This document shows positions 1 to 13,830 of a stretch of DNA of 64,000 nucleotides, piece by piece; position 1 is the first letter of the stretch; each line of letters begins with the position of its first letter. The position numbers and the translations under genes were made by a program. The stretch is from Octopus sinensis. Its lineage: Eukaryota. Below the pieces are notes generated by a model. The model saw only the letters and a program-made list of their open reading frames with translations, did not search any database and was not told the origin of the DNA. The stretch spans positions 29,698,001-29,762,000 of the forward strand of contig NC_043014.1 in NCBI RefSeq assembly GCF_006345805.1, read 5' to 3'.

Positions 1-279
1 ATCCTAATGAGATATATCTTACAAGTTTTAGTTTAGATAAAATTCATGTAAGGAAATAGTTTTCAAATAACATTTAGCAACTTTTTACTTTGTTTTACCT
101 TGATCAAGTTAGTTTATTCCAGCATTTTTTTCTTTTACCAATAACTTTAGTGATATTTTGAAAAGTCTCTAATTTTGCTGTAATGCATTTCCAGTAAAAT
201 GTAAAACAACTTTTAATCTTTCTTTAAACCAGATATCTTGTAAATTCATCGTAACGTTAGTATAACTTCTCACAGAGGT

Positions 280-659
280 TGAACGTGCATGCGTTCATTT
301 TTACACTTATCGTGCTCGGTGTGTGTGTAATAAACTTAGAAAATTAAGTGAACAACCAAGCTGCTGTCGTCGCAATTTAGATAAATAGTATACCAAAATA
401 AGTAGTTACACATAGTCACAGATTTCTTGCAACAAATGCTGTGCCTGCTTCAATGCATCTTATCTTAGCTTTATCATTCTGCCTTCGTCAACGTGGTAGG
501 AGTGGCCTGGTCGTAGTACATGCGCAATGCATGCAACTGCAGTTTTAAGCAGCCCCAGTGGTAACACCTATTTAGTGCATAATTTCTCTGAAAGGAAAAA
601 TACTCGCCATCTTGGACAGACTTGTATATTATGTATTCTTTTAAAATGTTCAATGTAAG
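280..659 (+). promoter_or_regulatory. Putative promoter/first exon of the miRNA host transcript
   Basis: Repeat-free and locally CpG-richer; NRF1-like TGCATGCG/TGCGCA motifs; YY1-like CGCCATCTTGG at 605-615; strong donor AAG|GTAAGA at 659/660. Linking it to the miRNA cluster is inference. Confidence 0.4.
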
Positions 660-2094
660 GTAAGATACTCTGTTACATACACGTAGAATTAATTTTCTGT
701 TAAAATACATTCAACAATTTATTGTCGCCTTTGTCGTGATCGTCTAAGGAATCTGTTTAAATGTTAACATTTATTTCAAACAAACCATTAAAAGAGTTGT
801 TATACTGTATAGTACTTTATCTGTCTATTTGATTGCATATTTTTCTTCATAAAATTTAATCTTTTCTCAAATTGAACTTCAATTCTGTAGAGGTATAACT
901 ATTTCTTTCATGCCTGTTGTCATTTTAATCACTTCAAAAAGTTTTCCATTTTAAACACTACTTTTTCTCTGTAATATATTCAATTCACATTAGTTATAAG
1001 TAGCTAATTGGCTACTGGCATTTTGATAGGAGTAGATTACAATTCTAGAATTAAATTTTTCTACATTTTCAGCAAATTTTTCAGTTAAAGAGTGGAAGGG
1101 ATAATACTACTACTCTAAGTAGTGGTGTGATAAAAGCACATGCGCAGTTATTGTGATCACATTCTTTTAGTAGCTTTTGCAGTCATAGTTATATTTCAGA
1201 ACTTACATTTAATTATTTAGAGCGTTAACATTTCTTTTTAATGTATTGTCACAAATATACTTTAGCGTGATAAATTATCGAGAGACCTCTTGGTAACCCC
1301 TTCTTTGCCATGTCATATGATTGCGATTTAAATCGCATCAATATATCACTTTAAAGGATGTTGTAATACAAAGTAAAGACTTTCATTAAAGTATATCCAA
1401 ATTATTCTGTGCAATAACTTAATTATACTCCTAACCAGCCCAATAGATTAAAATAAAATGAAATCTTTTTCGAAAAGTGTTACATAGCGTTGTCTGATTT
1501 TAGAGTTAATTTTGAACAGCCACTAAACAGGATCTAAACATTTATATATATTTTACTAATTGGAAACCACAAGTATTTTGGTTCATACTAGAACTTCTAT
1601 ATTTGTTCAAACATTTTCGATTATTCAATGTAATTCTACACTATGACACAGGTAGCAAGATATGTATAATCCATAGGCCATTAAGTTGTCTAGAGTGAGA
1701 GGCACATGACTTAAAGAAGCTTTATACCCTTCTATTATTACATACTCCAGTAACGAGGATATTTGGAAAGAATTATATAAAATCTTTTGATGCTGACTGG
1801 GTCCTTTTTATAGTACATTTTATCCTCCCTTGTTTCATAGCGTCGCTCTCTCTTTCTCTGTTTGTGTGTGTGTGTGTATATATATGTATATATCAATCTA
1901 ATGCATAACCAAAAGCACTACTAATAGTTTCACGTTATGTATATATGTGCGTGCATATGTAGTTAGTGTTGTTAACGCCATCTAGTATATAGGTTCCGTC
2001 TTCAAATTTTATTCTGAATTTGATGTTAAAAGTTTAATCAAAATCAAATTATTATTATTATATATGTGTATATGATGTATTGTATGTTTATTAT

Positions 2095-2198
2095 ACATGC
2101 GCGCACACAAAAGTCCACATACACGCGCGCACACAAAAGTCCACATACATGCGCGCACACAAAAGTCCACATACATGCGCGCACACAAAAGCCCACAT
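2095..2198. repeat. 26-bp minisatellite, 4 copies
   Basis: Unit ACATGCGCGCACACAAAAGTCCACAT repeated four times with single substitutions. Confidence 0.95.
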
Positions 2199-2721
2199 GC
2201 GTACACTGTACTTAGACAACATTTTTACACATGTGTATGCCTCCCACACATGTAGACATCTACCTTTACATACATACACTTATATATATATACTTGTATG
2301 TAGTCACACATTTATCTCTACGCAAGTGAATACGCATTAGTACACATCTGTTTGCATACACGCAAACATTTCTGAAACTAATTGCATTCAAAGATACATA
2401 TGCAAAATCATTTATATATATGCAAATTCTCATAACCATTCGCATGTACATACGCATGCATGCATACTTGCAGACATTTGCCTGTGCACATATTTTAAAT
2501 ATCTATTTCCAGTTATATATTTATTAAAGCTATGCATTTTTAATAAACTTGTGTAGGAATCACTAGTAAACTCTAATAGTAGCAAAACCAGTTGATTCAG
2601 TCTCGAAGTTAGTGACAATGGGTTTAGCTTAACTCTTAAATAAAACATGATCCTCATAGAAAAGGAAATAATAAGGAAATAAGTTGTTGGGCGAAACTAA
2701 ATTCTTTCATTATTATTTTTA

Positions 2722-4516
2722 AAGTGTCGAACTGGCAGAACCATTAGCACACCAGACAAAATGCTTAGTGTCATTTTGTCTAATTTTACATGCTGTGTTC
2801 AAATTTCATCCATTTGCGGGTCGAAAAAATGAGTACCAATTGAACATTACGGTCAATGTAATTGACTAGCCCATCCCACAAAATTTCAGGCTTTGTACAT
2901 ATAGTAGAAAGAATTATTATTGTTATTATTATTATTATTATTATTATTAGAGTGGTGAGCTGGCAGACAAAATGCCTGGCAGCATTTCATCCATCTCTAG
3001 GAACTGGGTTCAAATTCTGTTGAGGTTGACTTTGTTTTTCATCCTTTCAGGGTTGATAAAATGAATACCAGTCAAGCACTGGGATTGATGTAATTGACTG
3101 GCATCCTCCTCCAAAAATTCAGGCCTTGAAAGGATTATTATTGTCCATCCTGAGTTCAGCTGCCGCTGGGGTTGACTTAGCTTTCATCCTTTTGGGGTCG
3201 ATGAAATAAGTTCCAGTTACACATTGCAATCAATGTAATCGACTAGTTCCCTCCTCCAAAATTTCAGGATTTGTGCCTTTAGTAGAAAGGATTATTATTA
3301 TTTAAGACGTCACATAGTATTGAATATCGTGATGTTGATTGAAGATATTGTGTTTACCAGGGGTTTGTTCCGTCTCTCAAGTCAAAACAAGGACCTTAGA
3401 CAGTACTATTATCATCATCATCATCATCATCATCATCATTATTATTATTATTATTATTAATTATTAAGGTGAGCTGGCAGAATTGTTACCACATGGACAA
3501 AATGCTTGGTAGTGTTTTTTTCTGCCTCTTTATGTCTTAAGTTCAATTACTACCAGGGTTGATTTTGTCTTTCATTCTTCAGGCTTGATGAATTAAGTGC
3601 CATTCAAATACTGGGCTTGATGTAATCAATTAGCTGTCTTGCCCAAAATTTCAGGCCTCGTTACCATGCCAGACTAAATGCTCTCTCTTTGTGTTCCAAG
3701 TTCAAATGTTGCTGTGGTTGATTTTGCCTTTTATTCTTCTAGGGTCCATAAAATAAGTATCCATTCAGCACTGGAGTCAATGTAATCAACTTCCGCTCCT
3801 CTCAAAATTGCTGGCTTTGTGATAAAATCGTTGTTAAGATGGCGGACTGGCAGAATTGTTACCATACCGGACAAAATGCTTAGCGCCATATTGTCCGTTT
3901 TTACATTCTGAGTTCAAATGCTATCAAGTTTGACGTTTCTTTTTATTCTTTCAGGGTGGGTGAAATAAATAGCAGTTAGGTGCTTGGGTTGATGTAATCA
4001 ACTAGCTCCCTCCTCTAAAATTTCAGATTTTGTGCCTATAGTAAAGAGGATTATTATTATTATTAAGGTGGTGAGCTGGCAAAATCGTTAGCCTGACAGT
4101 CAAAATGCTTAGTGGCATTTTGTCCATCTTTATGTTCTGAGTTCAAATTCTGCGAAGGTCTCCACTTTGCCTTTCATCCTTTTGGGGTCAAAAAATAAGT
4201 ACCAGTTGAATACTGAGGTTGATATAATTGACTAGCGCCCTTCCCCAAATTTCAGGCCTGTGCCTATTGTAGAAAGAATTTTTATTATTTTTAAAGCGAT
4301 GAGTTGGCAGAATTGTTAGCACACCAAGGAAAATGCTCAGTGGTATTTCATCCGTTTTTACATCCTGAGTTCAAATTCTGCCAGAGTTGTCTTTGCCTTT
4401 CATCCTTTCGGGGTTGATAAAATAAATACCAGATGAGTACTGGGGTCAGTGTAATTGACTAGTCTTCTCCTACCAAATCTTAGGCTTTGTGTCTTTAGTA
4501 GAAAGGATTATTATTA
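2722..4516 (+). mobile_element. Head-to-tail array of about 8 tRNA-derived SINE copies (family A)
   Basis: Recurrent GAGCTGGCAGAA..GTTAGC..AAATGCTTAG..GAGTTCAAATTC..TTTGCCTTTCATCCTTT..GGTCGATAAA..AGTACCAG units separated by (ATT)n/(CAT)n tails; Pol III A/B-box-like head. Confidence 0.9.
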
Positions 4517-4904
4517 TTTAAAAGTATATTTTCTAAATTTAAATGTCTTTAAATACTTGAAAACTAAACTGGATAATTATGATTATTTTAAATAGTAAAG
4601 CAAATTTAGCAGTCAATAGTAATAAATCATACTGTATTTCTTTTGTTTTGTATGAATATAGATCGTCGTTATGATTAATAAGGATAGTGGAGGACATTAA
4701 ATGGTTGAAATGGTAGGGCATTTGTGGTAGTTAGTTGTGTAATGCGTTCAAACTTACAGAGATCATCTTTGCCTTTCACCTTTTCAGAATCAGTAAAATG
4801 GATATTGTTCAAATAATGTTGTTCATATAATCATCTATACCCTTCCCCAAAATATATTGCTTTGTGTCTGTTAGAAATCATTTATACTATTGTTTAGACA
4901 GTAG

Positions 4905-5588
4905 ATGGCAGAATTAAGAGAGCGCCAGACTAGATGTCTTGCTGGGTTTAGTTATGTCCCTTTACATTGTGACTTCAAAACCTGCTTTCCATTATTTCAG
5001 GGTTGTTAATATAAATACCAAACATATACTGGAGTTGATTTGATCAATTGTCCCCATTCCTCAAAATTTTTGGCTTCGTGCCAAGACATCGTTATTATTA
5101 TTATAAAAGGCAATCAAATAGCAGAAACATAGAGCATTTCTCTGCATTCATAGTTTGATTTTTGCTTTTCTTTTGTTTGTGGTTGGTAAAAAATATGTAT
5201 CGGTACTATATTGGTGTTGATTCAATTACTATTGACTTTCTGAAAATTTGTGTTCATCGTCGTCGTTGTTGTTGTCATTTTAATGTCCACTTTTCCATCC
5301 TCGCATGGGTCAGACAAGATTCATTGGGGCAGATTTTCTATGACTAGATGCTCTTTGTGTTACCAATCCTCACTTGTTTCTAAGCAAGGTAATATTTTCT
5401 TTTAAAAAGGCGGCAAAGTGGCAGAAACGTTAGCACGCTGGGTGAAATGCGTAGCCGTATTTCGTCTGCCGTTACGTTCTGAGTTCAAATTCCGCCGAGG
5501 TCAACTTTGCCTTTCATCCTTTCGAGGTCGATAAATTAAGTACCAGTTGCGCACTGGGGTCGATGTAATCAACTTAATCCGTTTGTCT
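4905..5588 (+). mobile_element. Family A SINEs (degenerate 4905-5100; young CpG-intact copy 5409-5588)
   Basis: GGCGGCAAAGTGGCAGAAACGTTAGCACG...GAGTTCAAATTCCGCCGAGGTC; same consensus as the array. Confidence 0.9.
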
Positions 5589-6469
5589 GGACATGTTTTT
5601 AAGAGCAATTGCAAAACACTGTCACTCGTATGACCATATCTGTTCACGTTTAGCACACAATATTACAATAAAGACAAACACACATAATGGGTTTCTTTTT
5701 AGATTCTGTCTATGAAATTTATTCTCAAATTTTTTGGTTAGACCAGGGCTGTAGTAGAAGACATTTAACCAAGGTTTGATGCCATAGACTGACCCAAAAA
5801 CCATATAAATAGGGTAGCAAATTTCTTAACCACGCAGCCATGCCTGTGCCTGTATAACAGACTACTGTAAAAGTGAAGTGGTAAAAATTATATTGTTGGA
5901 CCGAGTGTTTGATAGTATTTAATTTTGTTTTTGAATCTCATCAAAGTTGATAAAATAAATATCAGTCATGCATGTACAAGGACCATTTAAACAATGATCA
6001 AAGAATTTCCAGTCATAGCCATCCACCTTTAACTTGAGCATTGTGTATATCTAGGATTACATCAGCCAGTGTGGCCCATCCTTTTTGAAACGACTGTGTG
6101 ATGTGACGAAGATTTGACTGCTATTTCTAGGAGTTTGAACCACTGTGTAGAGGCTACCTTATTGGCTCAAGGGTTTAGATGTTAACAAATTGAACTGCAC
6201 ATTTTTACATATAAGTCTAATTTAATTTTGATCATATTGCTGTTATAAATTGATTTTAAAAAATATTCTAGTTTCAGTGGCAATTTATATACGCAAAGCA
6301 GTCCCCAGGTTTTATTTGTAATCATCCAAGAACAGTTAATTAGGTTTAAGTTCATATCTAATGTAAGTTAGTTAAATATTTGTCTTAGTTACTTTATACA
6401 TTTTTATCTAAATCATCTCAATTATAATTAATAATACTTTATAATAAAGTATAATAAAGATAATATTAA

Positions 6470-8215
6470 TGTCTTTAGGAGGTACAAGGTCACAAATTTG
6501 GGATAAGGGATAAATCAAATTGACCCCAGTACTTGACTGAAACTTTATTTTATCTATCAACCCAGAAATGATGAAGGGCCAAGTTGACCACTGCGGAATT
6601 TGAACTCATTTTGCCTGGCATGTGAATGATTCTGCCAGCTTGCTGCCTTGATGATGGTAATTATAATAATAATACTCAGAGAGCGCAAACCTCCACCAAG
6701 GCAACACCAACGTCCTCTCAACAATTAGCCAGAGATGATTTTTAAAATGAGAATATCTGAAATTAACTCGACTGCTCTCACAAACAAGAATACTAAAAAT
6801 GAACCCGACCGCTCTCAAAGATTAAGTAAAAAAACAGGAAAAATAATCCAGAATCCTTGTCCATTACCGGATCAATCCCCAAATCTAATCAGTTTGTGCC
6901 AGTTATGAGGTCAAACATCCCTGAAAGTTTCATCCTAATCCATCCAGCAGTTCTTAAGATATCTTGTCCATAGACAAACAAACATACAAACATGACTGCA
7001 AACAATATCTCTGCCTCCGCTAAGGTGGAGGTAATTACTCAACTGGTGCTTATTTTATCAACCCTGAAGGGATGAAAGGCAAAGTCGATCTCAGTGGAAT
7101 TTCAACTTAGAATGTGAAGACGAACAAAATACTGCCAGTCATTTTGCTTGGCATGCTAACATTTCTGCCAGTTCACCACCTTAATAATAATAATAATGAA
7201 AACAACAACAATAATAATCCTTTTTATTTTAGGCACAAGGCCTGAAATTTTGGTGGGAGACAATTACACTAACCCCAGTGCTCAACTGGTTTTATTGAAA
7301 GGCAAAGTGACCTCAGCACAATTTAATAATAAAATAATAATAATCCTTTCTACTGGAGACACAAGGCATGAAATTTTGGGACAAGAGGGCTAGTTGATTA
7401 TATCAACCCCAGTGCATAACTGGTACTTATTTCATCAACCCGAAAAAGATGAAAGGCAAAATCTACCTTGGTGGAATTTGAACTCAGGTCATAATGACAG
7501 ATGAAATGCCACTAAGCATTTTGCCTGGTGTGCTAACGATTCTGTTAGCTCACCGCCTTAATAATAATAATAATTTTCCTGGAAGCACAAGGCAATCAAG
7601 TTTGGAGGAAGGGATTAAGTCAATTACATCAACCCCAGTGCATAACTGGTACTTATTTCATCAACCCCAAAAGAATGAAAGGCAAAGTCAACCTTAGCAG
7701 AATTTGAACTCAGAACATAGCAGCTGATGAAATACCTATTTCTTTACTACCCATAAGGGGCTAAACACAGAGAGGACAAACAAGGACAGACAAACGGATT
7801 AAGTCAATTATATCGATCCCCCAGTGCGTAACTGGTACTTAATTAATCAACTCCGAAAGGATGAAAGGCAAAGTCGACCTCGACGGAATTTGAAATCAGA
7901 ACATAGCGGCAGACGAAATACCTCTAAGCATTTCACCCGGCGTGCTAACGATTCTGCCAGCTCGCCACTTTAACAACAATAATAATAATAAAAATCCTTT
8001 CTACTAAAGGCACAAGGACTGAAATTTGTAGAGGGGGGATAAGTCAATTACATTGACCCTAGTGCGTAATTGGTGCTTATTTTATCAATTCCAAAAGGAT
8101 GAAAGGCAAAGTCAACCTCAGCGGAATTTGAACTTAGAACATAAAGACGGGTGAAATACCGCTAAGCATTTTTCCCAACGTGCTGCCAATTCTGCCACTT
8201 TGCTGGCTTTTTTAA
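6470..8215 (-). mobile_element. Array of about 7 family A SINE copies in reverse orientation
   Basis: Reverse-complement units (CTGGTACTTATTT..CAACCCC..AAAGGATGAAAGGCAAAGT..GAATTTGAACTC..TTCTGCCAGCTC) with (AAT)n spacers; young copy at about 7730-7968. Confidence 0.9.
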
Positions 8216-8569
8216 TGATAATAATAATAAATCTAACATTATAATCTGTAGAGAAATAGACAGTGCATGTTTGTGTGTAAAAATATTGATGAAATATTCC
8301 TTAATTTAGATAGAAATAAAAAAAGATGGCATGGAAGGCGGACGTTAAATGATGATTAAAAGGTTATCAGTCTCATTCTTTTTGATGTTTTGCATACTGG
8401 AAGGATATGCTAGATTAATAATTAAGATGACATTAAGTGAATGATGCAGAAGAAAAACATGGTTTATTTCTACTGATAGAGAATAAGGTGTTTACTTCTG
8501 GAAGTAAACATCAAAAAAGGTTTGGATAGAGATTTTGGGGGGTTTTCCTTATAAATAGCCTTCTACTAT

Positions 8570-8985
8570 TTGAGGCAGTTAGTCACTCCATTAAACTTAG
8601 AGTCTCTCTTCATAAGAAACTTGCTTCTCAAACTTTGCCATCCCTGTTTCAATAAGACGAAAGGCCTTAGTTAATTACTTGATCAAAAGCTTCATAGTTT
8701 TGGGAATTTCTTAGTCTTCATCTTCTTCATCAAATGCTATCATTCAGCTGTAGGTCTCCACAGGTTACTTCTTCGGCATGTGATTTGAGTAATCATGTGA
8801 TGTCATTTTTACAGATGTCAATTTGCTTTTTACCAGTGACGAAGCATAGTTTGCCTAGCGTCAGTTATTTTGTCACCTGTAAACCTTTGAAAAGCATGTG
8901 CTCTCTTTGAAATGACTGAATCAACTTCTATTTGCAATAAATTCTGCCTTTCAATCACTTTCATTTGTTGCACATGCAGTTTTTA
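8570..8985 (-). mobile_element. Tigger/pogo-like DNA transposon relic
   Basis: Minus-strand translation includes acidic DEEDED, then LTKAFRLIETGMAKFEKQVSYEER, resembling the Tigger transposase C-terminus; broken by stops. Confidence 0.45.
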
Positions 8986-9730
8986 TTGATGAATTAATTT
9001 TAACGTAATTTTATTTTAAAAATTTACAAATATTTTTTTAAAGCCCCTTTGAGTTTATGTTAGGTAAATCTTTAGTATATTTAAATTTGTTGATAAATGC
9101 TAACAGTCTTATTTTTTTATAATGGAATGAACACGAATGTAATCATGATAAATATGTTTCTTAATTTAACAATTGCATTTGATTAAAACTGATTAATTCA
9201 ATAAACTTGAATAATCGAGGCAGCAAATATAGAATGTTCAATAAATCATGTTACATACTGCTTGTATAATGTGGAACAACAAATTCAGAACACAATATGT
9301 AAATTTCTGAAGTTATGCTAATTTGTTTCTAGTATTTACTTTATTGACTCTGCAAATATTAAAAAGAGAAAAAAAAAAATGTGTGGAAGGAATAAGAACT
9401 CTGATCTTATGTTGCTAGAAAATAAGCTGCTGTTTGAAGAAGATTACACTTTTCATTTTAATTCAATATATATATATATAGTCTCCTTAATTTTAAAATT
9501 TAACTCAATGTTATTTAGTGTACTGAATTATATTTTAAGCTATACGAAATTATGAAGTTTTACTGTTAGGATATTTTCCTGATCACTAACACAAATTAGC
9601 TGTTCTGGTGACTAAGATTCCAACTAGTAACTAAAGATTGCACCTATATTACTTATCTTTAACATTTCGTTTTTGTTTCAAATGGATAAAGAAAATTAGT
9701 ATCCACATTTTTTTAAAACTATTCTCTTAG

Positions 9731-9801
9731 AAATGAGCTTGATAAAGTCTGGTGTTTTCATCTCTGATCAGTCATCAATTTACTTATTATTAAAAATGAA
9801 G
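9731..9801 (+). other. Candidate non-coding exon (71 nt)
   Basis: Acceptor ATTCTCTTAG| at 9730 and strong donor AAG|GTAAGA at 9801/9802. Confidence 0.35.
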
Positions 9802-11040
9802 GTAAGAAAATAATCACATTATTATATGTGATGGATTTCTAGATTTGTAAGTTATTTCTTTCCATTATTTAAACATTCAAGCTGTATGCCTTCACAAAAT
9901 TACAGTAACAAAATGTACATTTTGATAAATTGAGATCTACGTTGTTTCTAAATTATACATCCGTTTTTGTATGTAGTAGTTCTCACTTCTATTGATTGGC
10001 TATCTGAGTAGACAAGTTTCTCTCCAACACTCCTATATTTTTTTAAGATCAACATTTTAAATTCTATTTTTCATGTTCGACTACTTATATTGCCATTCTC
10101 GTAATCTCTAATATAACACAGTTGTCTTCCTTGCATACTTAGACTATGACCTCTAAAACCGCATATGTATTCTCAGCTTATCAATGCCTAATCTGTATCA
10201 TTAGTTCATATTACATAGCCAATGAATTGTATTTAATTAAATTGCATGCTATGTTCTTGTAGATATCCCAAATCTTATTGCCATTTATTATTGCCATAGA
10301 GTATCACAGCTGCCCTCGTTCCTCAGTTTGCTAATTTTGGTCCTATTCTTTTAAAAAATCATGCGTCTCATTTAAATTTCACAGTAAAAAGATGTGCGTA
10401 TGCAATAATTACATTTCAACAAATTAAAATTAACTACCTCTAATATTATTCAACCACTCTTTCTTTTCAGAAGTGCATATAACTTTGAGATTTATTAAAT
10501 AGAAATAGAGTTTGAAACCAGTCCCTCCTCTAAGAAATATTGATATAGAAATTATGAAATTTGGAGTAGCAATGATGTAAAATCTCTAACAACTTTTAAT
10601 TGTTTTATATGTATGTGTGTATACATATACGCACACATCATTTGGCGAATCTGGGTTGGTTCTTATCTCCCCTAGATAGGATGCCAGTCTATTGCACGTT
10701 ACTATTCCTACAAGCTACCAACTTTCTAATTTTAGTATTGGCACTATAACTAGTCGCAAGGTGTTCTTACCCTGTGCCACCTACACACAAAATAGGTGGA
10801 CTGGACTATTTTACAATTATGTATTTTAACCATAGACAAAGCAATTCTGACAGGAACTGGTTGTCTAATATTCTAATGTGTCAGTCATCTACGCATGTTT
10901 TCTTCTTTTTCTATCTATTGAGCATTTGAATAAGGTAGGAATAGGCTAACCAAAGGATCAGCATTATCCACTAAGAGTATTGTTTTTATTTGCGGCTAAT
11001 GTGGCAATTCCCTAAATGTTTTCCTCTCTCTCTCTATATG

Positions 11041-11080
<40 letters not shown>

Positions 11081-11879
11081 TCTTTCATTGACACATCTTT
11101 ATCAGTTTCCACTGTCAAATAGCATAACAATATCATACTATTTATAAACTTTGAGAATGCTTTTTCTTTCTTTTTTGCAATTCTGAAATGCACATAGAGA
11201 CTAATTTTGTTTTAGTGAAATTTTTATGGAAGTATTTTAGCTTACATTATGTTGCTTAAACTGATTTTATTGGTACAGTGACTCTTTAGAACCGCATTAA
11301 TCTTAGTAGTTTAATTTGTATGGCCTCTTGATGAAAGTTCAAGTCATCTCCATATAAGGTTATTACCGAAAAGAAAATACAGAAATGATAGGGAAAAAAA
11401 AACTAAAATAGTTTTGATTTCTTGATCTTTATATTAAATTTATTATGGTCATATAATTTTAGTTGAAACAGCAGTGACTGCATTTTTCTTCAAATATATT
11501 GTGAATACTTGAAAGTTTATACATAATGTTGTTTTTAGCGATAATTGTCTAGCTTTTAAAATATTTTACAAAGATATCTCACTAAGATGCTCTTCTGCCT
11601 TTATTGTTTTTATGTTGGTTGGGGAATTTAATGTTTAATAATTTGCATAAATTCTTTTGGTTGATCTAATATTCTATATGTTTCATTAAAATAATAGAGT
11701 AAAAACTTAAATGAAAATCAAACCATAAAACTAGAGGCTCATGTCTTATACCTTGGGTCTTTGAATTCCAGTGTTCTTAATCCTTGATAAAGTGAAAGAC
11801 AAAATTCAAGGGAAATAACTGATGTCTAACATGTAAACTGCTATTCTCAGGAGGCAAGTAACTCATGTACAGTAAATAA

Positions 11880-12240
11880 TAATAATTTCTAATTTTGGCA
11901 CAAGGCCAGCAATTTGCGTGGAAGGGGATTAGTTAATTACGTCAACCTCAGTATTTGACTGACACTTTAATTTTGTCTATCCCAAAATAATGACAGGTAA
12001 AGTTGGCCTCGGCAGAATTTCAACTTCGAATGTGAAAACCTAGAAGAAATGCTGCTAACCATTTTGTCTGAAGTGTTAATGATTCAGCTAGTTCAGTTAA
12101 TAATAATGATGATAATCCTCTCTACTATAGACACAAAGCCTGAAATTTTGATGAGAAGAGACTTGTTGATTACAGCAACCCTAGTACTCAACTGGTACTT
12201 ATTTCATCAACTCCAAAAGAATGAAAGGCAAAGTCAGCTT
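11880..12240 (-). mobile_element. Two family A SINE copies
   Basis: Same reverse-complement consensus with AAT tails. Confidence 0.8.
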
Positions 12241-12792
12241 GTGCAGTACTGGTTTCATTTTCTTCTCTGTATTGTGTATAATTAGTGTCTTATCCATTAG
12301 ACGATGGGCGGCTTTAGAAATGTACTATAGCCACCACAGGTAGTATCAGAAAAATATAGCATGCATACAATATTTGTAATTTAATTCTTATCAAATTTCT
12401 TTGTGCTTAATGATGAAATCAATACTAATTTTCAAAACAAAAATATTTATCTTAAAAAACAATTAAATACAACATCTAGAAAGTAAACAAAAATAAATCA
12501 AAATTACTCCTCGTGTTGATTTTATATTATGGAAGTTCACACACAGATTCACCCCAGCCCACTCTCTCTACATGTGTATCAAAATGTGATCGCGTGTGTA
12601 CCATTGGCAATTTTTTTCCCTCTGTCTTCCCTTCTCTGGATCTTTCCTTCTCCTATGTTTCCGACGAAGAGCTCCGCTCAAAACATTAAACCCTCCTTCT
12701 TTCCTGAGCATTCAATAATACTATAATTGTTCCACGTCCTCGCGTTGTTGTGTTTTTTTGTGCTTTCTTGTTTGGATTAACTATATATATAT

Positions 12793-13065
12793 GGAGGCGC
12801 AATGACCCAGTGGTTAGGGCAGCAGACTCGCGGTCGTAGGATCGCGGTTTCAATTCCCAGACCGGGCATTGTGAGTGTTTATTGAGCGAAAACACCTTAA
12901 AGCTCCACGAGGCTCCGGCAGGGGGTGGTGATCCCTGCTGTACTCTTTCTTCTGTTGCCCTGCTCGCTTAGCCAGCGGGGTGGCGTCATTCGAAGGCTAA
13001 AACAATGCGAACGCATTGTGACCAGCGATGTGTAACAACATCTGATGGTCTGGTCGGTCACGTGA
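12793..13065 (+). mobile_element. Young tRNA-derived SINE (family C)
   Basis: tRNA-like head GGAGGCGCAATGACCCAGTGGTTAGGGCAGCAGACTCGCGGTCGTAGGATCGCGGTTTCAATTCCC with A/B boxes, then a non-tRNA body; CpG-rich; flanked by TA repeats. Confidence 0.8.
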
Positions 13066-13264
13066 TATATATATATATACACACACACACACTTCCTCTC
13101 CTTCCACTATAATTCTTTCTTTCTCTCACTTTGTATGTGTATAGCTTTCATTTATTCGCTGCCTGCCACAAAGTCTAGTATGTGTACTCATGTTGCACCT
13201 CTATATTGATCTTTTACTTTCTTCCCCCTCACTACCTCTCTCTTTATATATATATATATTTATA

Positions 13265-13830
13265 TACTGAGTGTGGTGAATAAACTGTCGTCTATTTTAC
13301 GCAAAAATGAAAATAACACAGACATCTCATTTTAACAGATATATTTACCAAAATTAGATCAAAATATTTTGAACCATTAAAGAGTAAATTTATTCAATAA
13401 AATCGCCATTGGCTTCAACAACGGTCTCCGGACAACTTTGGAATCTCCTGCAACTCTTCTGGACGGTCTTCTTGTTTAAGTTGGTGAATGCTGCCATAAT
13501 CCTTGTCTTTAGTGCATCTTTGGTGTTACAAGGAGTTTTGTTGGTCTCTTGCTCAACTGTGCCCCACACATAATAATCAAGTGGGTTGCAGTGTGGGGAG
13601 TTAGGTGGCTAGATGTTAGGGGTGATCTGGTCGCAGAAATTGTCTGACAGCCATGACTGGGTTCTCTTGCTTGTGTGGCATGGTGCAGAGTCCTGTTGCC
13701 AGACTTAGGGTCTTCCAGCAGCCACCCTCTTGACCCAGGGCTGCACTACCTCCTTCAGGTACTTGATGTAGGCCTCCATGTTGAGTCTGAGGCTGTGTGG
13801 GAAGATGAATGGAGGCATAATGTCACCATC
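13265..13830 (-). mobile_element. Tc1/mariner DD37D (maT-type) transposon, 3' half, pseudogenised
   Basis: Minus translation DGDIMPPFIFPHSLRLNMEAYIKYLKEVVQPWVKRVAAGRP*VWQQDSAPCHTSKRTQSWLSDNFCDQITPNI*PPNSPHCNPLDYYVWG...GDFIE*. There are 37 residues between the QQD and NPLD aspartates; TIR-like end after TA at about 13265. Confidence 0.88.

Noticed and set aside
1322-1337. Perfect 16-bp palindrome TGCGATTTAAATCGCA
   Set aside because: About one such palindrome is expected by chance in 64 kb.
2095-4516. CRISPR-like repeat-spacer array
   Set aside because: Eukaryotic context; units are a minisatellite and SINEs with no unique spacers or cas genes.
10283-10303. miR-2-like seed TATCACAG (also CATCACAG near 18258)
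   Set aside because: No complementary arm or hairpin nearby.
12793-12865. tRNA gene
   Set aside because: The cloverleaf is imperfect and continues into a SINE body ending in a microsatellite.
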